The notes beneath the pieces were generated by a model that was given only the letters and a program-made list of their open reading frames with translations, had not been told where the DNA came from and did not search any database. This document shows positions 34,772 to 37,618 of a DNA stretch of 37,618 bases, in pieces; the stretch's first letter is position 1; each line of letters opens with the position of its first letter. Source of the DNA: an uncultured Pirellulales bacterium (GTDB lineage Bacteria; Planctomycetota; Phycisphaerae; Sedimentisphaerales; Anaerobacaceae); contig CAZQKO010000002.1 of NCBI GenBank assembly GCA_964593945.1, positions 1 to 37,618 of the forward strand, in the 5' to 3' direction. The position numbers were made by a program, and so were the translations under genes.

Positions 34772-35370
34772 ATGATGCTGCTCAAATTTGGCAGGCGTTT
34801 GTGGTTTGTGTTTCAGCGGTATTCACACAGAATATCCTTCTGTCTTACTTTCTGGGATTGTGTCCATTTATTGGGGTTTCGCGTGAAATTAAATCTTCGT
34901 TCGGCTTAGGTCTTGCGGTCATCTTTGTAATGACTACAACGTGCATGTTAAACTGGTTAGCTTATCATTATGTACTTGAGCCGCTGGGACTGGAGTTTTT
35001 CCGATTCATATTGTTTATCATCATCATCGCAGCTTTTGTGCAGTTTGTAGAGATGGTTATTGAGCGATATTCACCGGCCCTGTATTTGAGGCTCGGCGTA
35101 TTTCTGCCATTGATAACGGTCAATTGCGCTATACTCGGCGCATCACTCTTTATGTTGATTCGCAACTATAGTTTCATTGTGACCGTTGGTTACGGTCTTG
35201 GCAGCGGAATCGGCTGGTTTCTGGCAATAATAGCTATGGCGGGTATCAGGCAGAAGCTGGCTAACGAGCGAATCCCACAGGGACTTCAGGGAGCGGGTAT
35301 AACGCTAATAATAGCCGGCCTGATGGCGATGGCATTTATAGGATTTTCTGGCGTACTGCAAGGAAGATAA
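34768..35370 (+). CDS. nqrE: NQR subunit E (NqrE/RnfA family)
   Basis: Opens MNDAAQIWQAFVVCVSAVFTQNILLSYFLGLCPFIGVS. I placed the start at the ATGA overlap with the nqrD stop (200 aa) rather than the track's 34669. Confidence 0.85.
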   Translation: MNDAAQIWQAFVVCVSAVFTQNILLSYFLGLCPFIGVSREIKSSFGLGLAVIFVMTTTCMLNWLAYHYVLEPLGLEFFRFILFIIIIAAFVQFVEMVIERYSPALYLRLGVFLPLITVNCAILGASLFMLIRNYSFIVTVGYGLGSGIGWFLAIIAMAGIRQKLANERIPQGLQGAGITLIIAGLMAMAFIGFSGVLQGR

Positions 35371-35378
35371 TCACGACA

Positions 35379-36482
35379 ATGGTTCTCTCTGTAATCATAG
35401 CGGTCATGGTAGTTAGTTCGATTGGAGCAGGCTTAGCTGCTGTCTTGACCGTATCAGAATATTTTTTGGCTAATTACGGCCCATGCCAGATAACCATTAA
35501 CGATGAACGCAAGCTGACTGTCCAGGGCGGAAAAGACCTGTTATCGATGCTTACCACAGAGAAGATATTCATCCCCAGCGCCTGCGGCGGTAGAGCCACG
35601 TGCGGATTGTGCAAGCTAAAGGTCCTCGAAGGGGCAGGTCCCCTGCTGCCAACGGAAGAGCCATATTTGAGCGAGCAGGAAAGAAAGTCAAATGTACGTC
35701 TTTCCTGCCAGGTGAAAGTCCGCAATGACCTAAAAATTGAGATTCCACCCGAGCTTTTCACGATTCGCCAGTTCTCCTGCCGATGTGCCGAAATTATTGA
35801 CCTTACATACGATATTAAGCAATTCCGGTTTGAACTGAAAGAACCAAAAACTATTGATTATATACCGGGTCAGTACATACAATTGCTGACGCCGGCTTAC
35901 GAAAAAAGCAGCGAAGAAGTATATCGAGCATATTCGATATCTTCAGACCCGACGGATAAAAACAATATCGAGTTAATCATTCGCCTTGTACCTGGAGGAA
36001 TTTGTACTACATATTGTTTTAAGTACCTAAAAGTCGGCGATGAAGTGAAAATCAACGGTCCATACGGTGATTTTCGGCTCTCCGGTACGGATGCTCCTAT
36101 AGTTTTTATAGCAGGTGGCTCCGGAATGGCGCCCATCAAATGTATGCTGCACCAGATGAAAAATGAAGGCATTAAGCGCAAAGCCACATATTACTTTGGG
36201 GCGAATACCATTAAAGATATGTTTATGGCAGAGCAGATGAGAACCTTTGAGAAGGAACTGGCTGATTTTCGCTTTGTGCCGGCTATAGCAAAACCTCAGG
36301 ATGGTGAGAAATGGGATGGCCAAGTCGGGCTGGTCACTGAAATACTACAGAAGGACTTGAAGAATGCTGCTGAGTGTGAGGCATATCTGTGCGGCAGTCC
36401 AGGGATGATTGATGCAGCTATAAAAGTTTTAACCGAGTTAGGTTTAAACAAAGAAAATATCTTTTATGATAAATTTGAATAG
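35379..36482 (+). CDS. nqrF: NQR subunit F (TM anchor + 2Fe-2S ferredoxin + FAD/NADH-binding domain)
   Basis: Contains ACGGRATCGLCKLKV...LSCQ (2Fe-2S), RAYSISS (FAD) and IAGGSGMAPI (NAD). Length is 367 aa. Confidence 0.85.
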   Translation: MVLSVIIAVMVVSSIGAGLAAVLTVSEYFLANYGPCQITINDERKLTVQGGKDLLSMLTTEKIFIPSACGGRATCGLCKLKVLEGAGPLLPTEEPYLSEQERKSNVRLSCQVKVRNDLKIEIPPELFTIRQFSCRCAEIIDLTYDIKQFRFELKEPKTIDYIPGQYIQLLTPAYEKSSEEVYRAYSISSDPTDKNNIELIIRLVPGGICTTYCFKYLKVGDEVKINGPYGDFRLSGTDAPIVFIAGGSGMAPIKCMLHQMKNEGIKRKATYYFGANTIKDMFMAEQMRTFEKELADFRFVPAIAKPQDGEKWDGQVGLVTEILQKDLKNAAECEAYLCGSPGMIDAAIKVLTELGLNKENIFYDKFE

Positions 36483-36503
36483 TAGGTTAGGAAAAATCAT
36501 ACA

Positions 36504-36956
36504 ATGAAAGAATCACCACAAATGCGAAAATTGGAAGCCATCCTTCGGTCGTCAAAACTCGTCGCCGGTGGATTTATGGGAACAGACACCCGCAGTTTAT
36601 CCGAGATTATCGAGGCCGATGCCGCACAAATTTCACGATTAGGCTTTACAGCCAAACAGATCGCCGCCAGAATGCAGGAAATCACAGATATCGCCAAAGT
36701 CGCCCTCGGCAATTGGGTTGATTTAGATGAGAATCGCCGGGCCAGAGTCGATGAGGCGAAAGGAGTCATAGTGTGTCCCTGGCCGCATCCAGGCCGATTT
36801 GCCAAAAGAGTTACGATAGTCAATCTCATCGAATCTGACGAGACTATCCATTGGTCAGACCTGAATATACATTTGATCGCTGAACACGGCTTTTTTGAGG
36901 GAAAAGGTTCGACTTTTCGAATTGAGCCTGATATATTGGCGAAAATTATACTCTAA
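36504..36956 (+). CDS. Hypothetical protein (150 aa), unknown family
   Basis: Begins 21 nt after nqrF on the same strand. Composition looks protein-like. Contains VIVCPWPHPGRF and HLIAEHGFFEGKGSTFRIEP. I recognise no family. Confidence 0.55.
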   Translation: MKESPQMRKLEAILRSSKLVAGGFMGTDTRSLSEIIEADAAQISRLGFTAKQIAARMQEITDIAKVALGNWVDLDENRRARVDEAKGVIVCPWPHPGRFAKRVTIVNLIESDETIHWSDLNIHLIAEHGFFEGKGSTFRIEPDILAKIIL

Positions 36957-37130
36957 ATAAAATAATAAGTTATTGAACAGCAATTAAGCGGATACGTAAC
37001 AATTTTTGATATCTAAATCCTGTAGGAATTTTGCCCAGATAAAATACGGGTCATAAAAAATATACGTTCTGTCTCAAAACAGAGCGATAATTGATACTCG
37101 CTTAAAAATTAAACGAAAGGAGTAACTGAG

Positions 37131-37532
37131 ATGGTTACCAAAACTAAACAAACAATAGAGACGTGTGCCGAAGATATTTTTTGCGGCGTAAATATGGTAG
37201 AAGACCCCGGGCAAGCTACAGACCTGGAAAAAAAGCATCTTCCCATCATAAGCGCTCCGAAGAGTATCAAGAAAAGCGAGTGTTTTGAAGTTACAGTCGA
37301 AGTGGGCAAGCTCCTGAAACATCCGAATGAGCCGGGACACTTCATCCAGTTTATCGAGCTCTACGCGGGCGATACATATCTGGCGAGAATTGATTTTACA
37401 GCCAAAACAACTTGCCCCGTTATGAAGATTTGTGTATCTCTGGACCACGCACACGGTAAATTACGTGCTTTTGAGCGTTGTAATTTACACGGTACATGGG
37501 AAAATGACGTTGATATCGAAGTTACAGAATAA
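37131..37532 (+). CDS. sor: Superoxide reductase (1Fe neelaredoxin-type with a short N-terminal extension)
   Basis: Contains LEKKHLPII, LKHPNEPGHFIQFIELY and ERCNLHGTWEN, which give the His4-Cys ligand pattern. The SD AAAGGAG lies 9 nt before the ATG. The N-terminus lacks the CxxC..CC desulforedoxin site. Confidence 0.8.
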   Translation: MVTKTKQTIETCAEDIFCGVNMVEDPGQATDLEKKHLPIISAPKSIKKSECFEVTVEVGKLLKHPNEPGHFIQFIELYAGDTYLARIDFTAKTTCPVMKICVSLDHAHGKLRAFERCNLHGTWENDVDIEVTE

Positions 37533-37565
37533 AACAAACGCTTTGAAAGAAAGGAGAAATAAGAA

Positions 37566-37618
37566 ATGCCGGAATTTGTAAATCCATTTAGCGGTATTAC
37601 GCCTGGCCGTAAGATGAC
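37566..37618 (+). CDS. Start of a ferritin-like/rubrerythrin-superfamily protein (5' fragment, runs off the window)
   Basis: Reads MPEFVNPFSGITPGRKM.. after the SD AAAGGAG. This N-terminal motif resembles small ferritin-like diiron proteins I remember from anaerobes. Only 17 codons are visible. Confidence 0.35.
   Translation, partial: MPEFVNPFSGITPGRKM

Noticed and set aside
32452-36482. Interpretation of the operon as RNF (rnfD-G-E-A)
   Set aside because: The fifth gene is a classical NqrF (TM + plant-type 2Fe-2S + FNR-like domain). The order matches nqrB-F. No RnfB/RnfC-type polyferredoxin genes are present.

Overview
This window is chromosomal DNA from a Gram-negative bacterium. It is probably an anaerobic, polysaccharide-degrading member of the PVC group, and Planctomycetota/Phycisphaerae-like is my guess. 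That guess rests on gene content only: dockerin-tagged and LTD/CotH secreted proteins, several glycoside hydrolases, Na+-NQR and a superoxide reductase.

Gene content, left to right:
- a large CotH/LTD secreted protein, partial and missing from the supplied ORF track
- a GH39-like hydrolase
- a decayed NuoF/HydB-like gene next to an intact 2Fe-2S/GltD-like oxidoreductase
- birA, nadC, a 50-aa ORF and uvrB
- an AT-rich accessory islet: Mrr restriction enzyme, an Rx4H (HEPN-like) orphan and a DinB-fold protein
- an M14 peptidase
- a co-directional block: GH10-like protein, ComEA-like protein, beta-propeller/transglutaminase, two hypotheticals and a homocysteine methyltransferase
- a membrane protein, waaA, and a tandem retropepsin-like protease with a dockerin
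- tRNA-Arg(CCG), HtrA and GH43
- a stand-alone GMP-synthase-type ATP-PPase, asnA and a PQQ-propeller fragment
- nqrBCDEF without nqrA, a 150-aa unknown, a superoxide reductase and the start of a ferritin-like gene

I found no CRISPR array, rRNA, transposase or integrase.

The non-coding DNA carries several families of short GC-rich hairpin repeats and STRR-like heptanucleotide repeats. Two heptamer tracts lie in frame inside waaA.

I cannot point to one clear multi-gene novel system. The best leads are the Mrr/HEPN-like islet, the cloverleaf-like nested repeat at about 5.5 kb beside the NuoF remnant, the waaA heptamer tracts, the orphan structured/terminator region ahead of nqrB, and nqr without nqrA plus the unknown trailing gene.

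Notes on the ORF track: it renders GTG/TTG starts as M, omits ORFs under 60 aa, and omits ORFs open at the window edge. All homology calls are motif recognition by eye. No searches were run.
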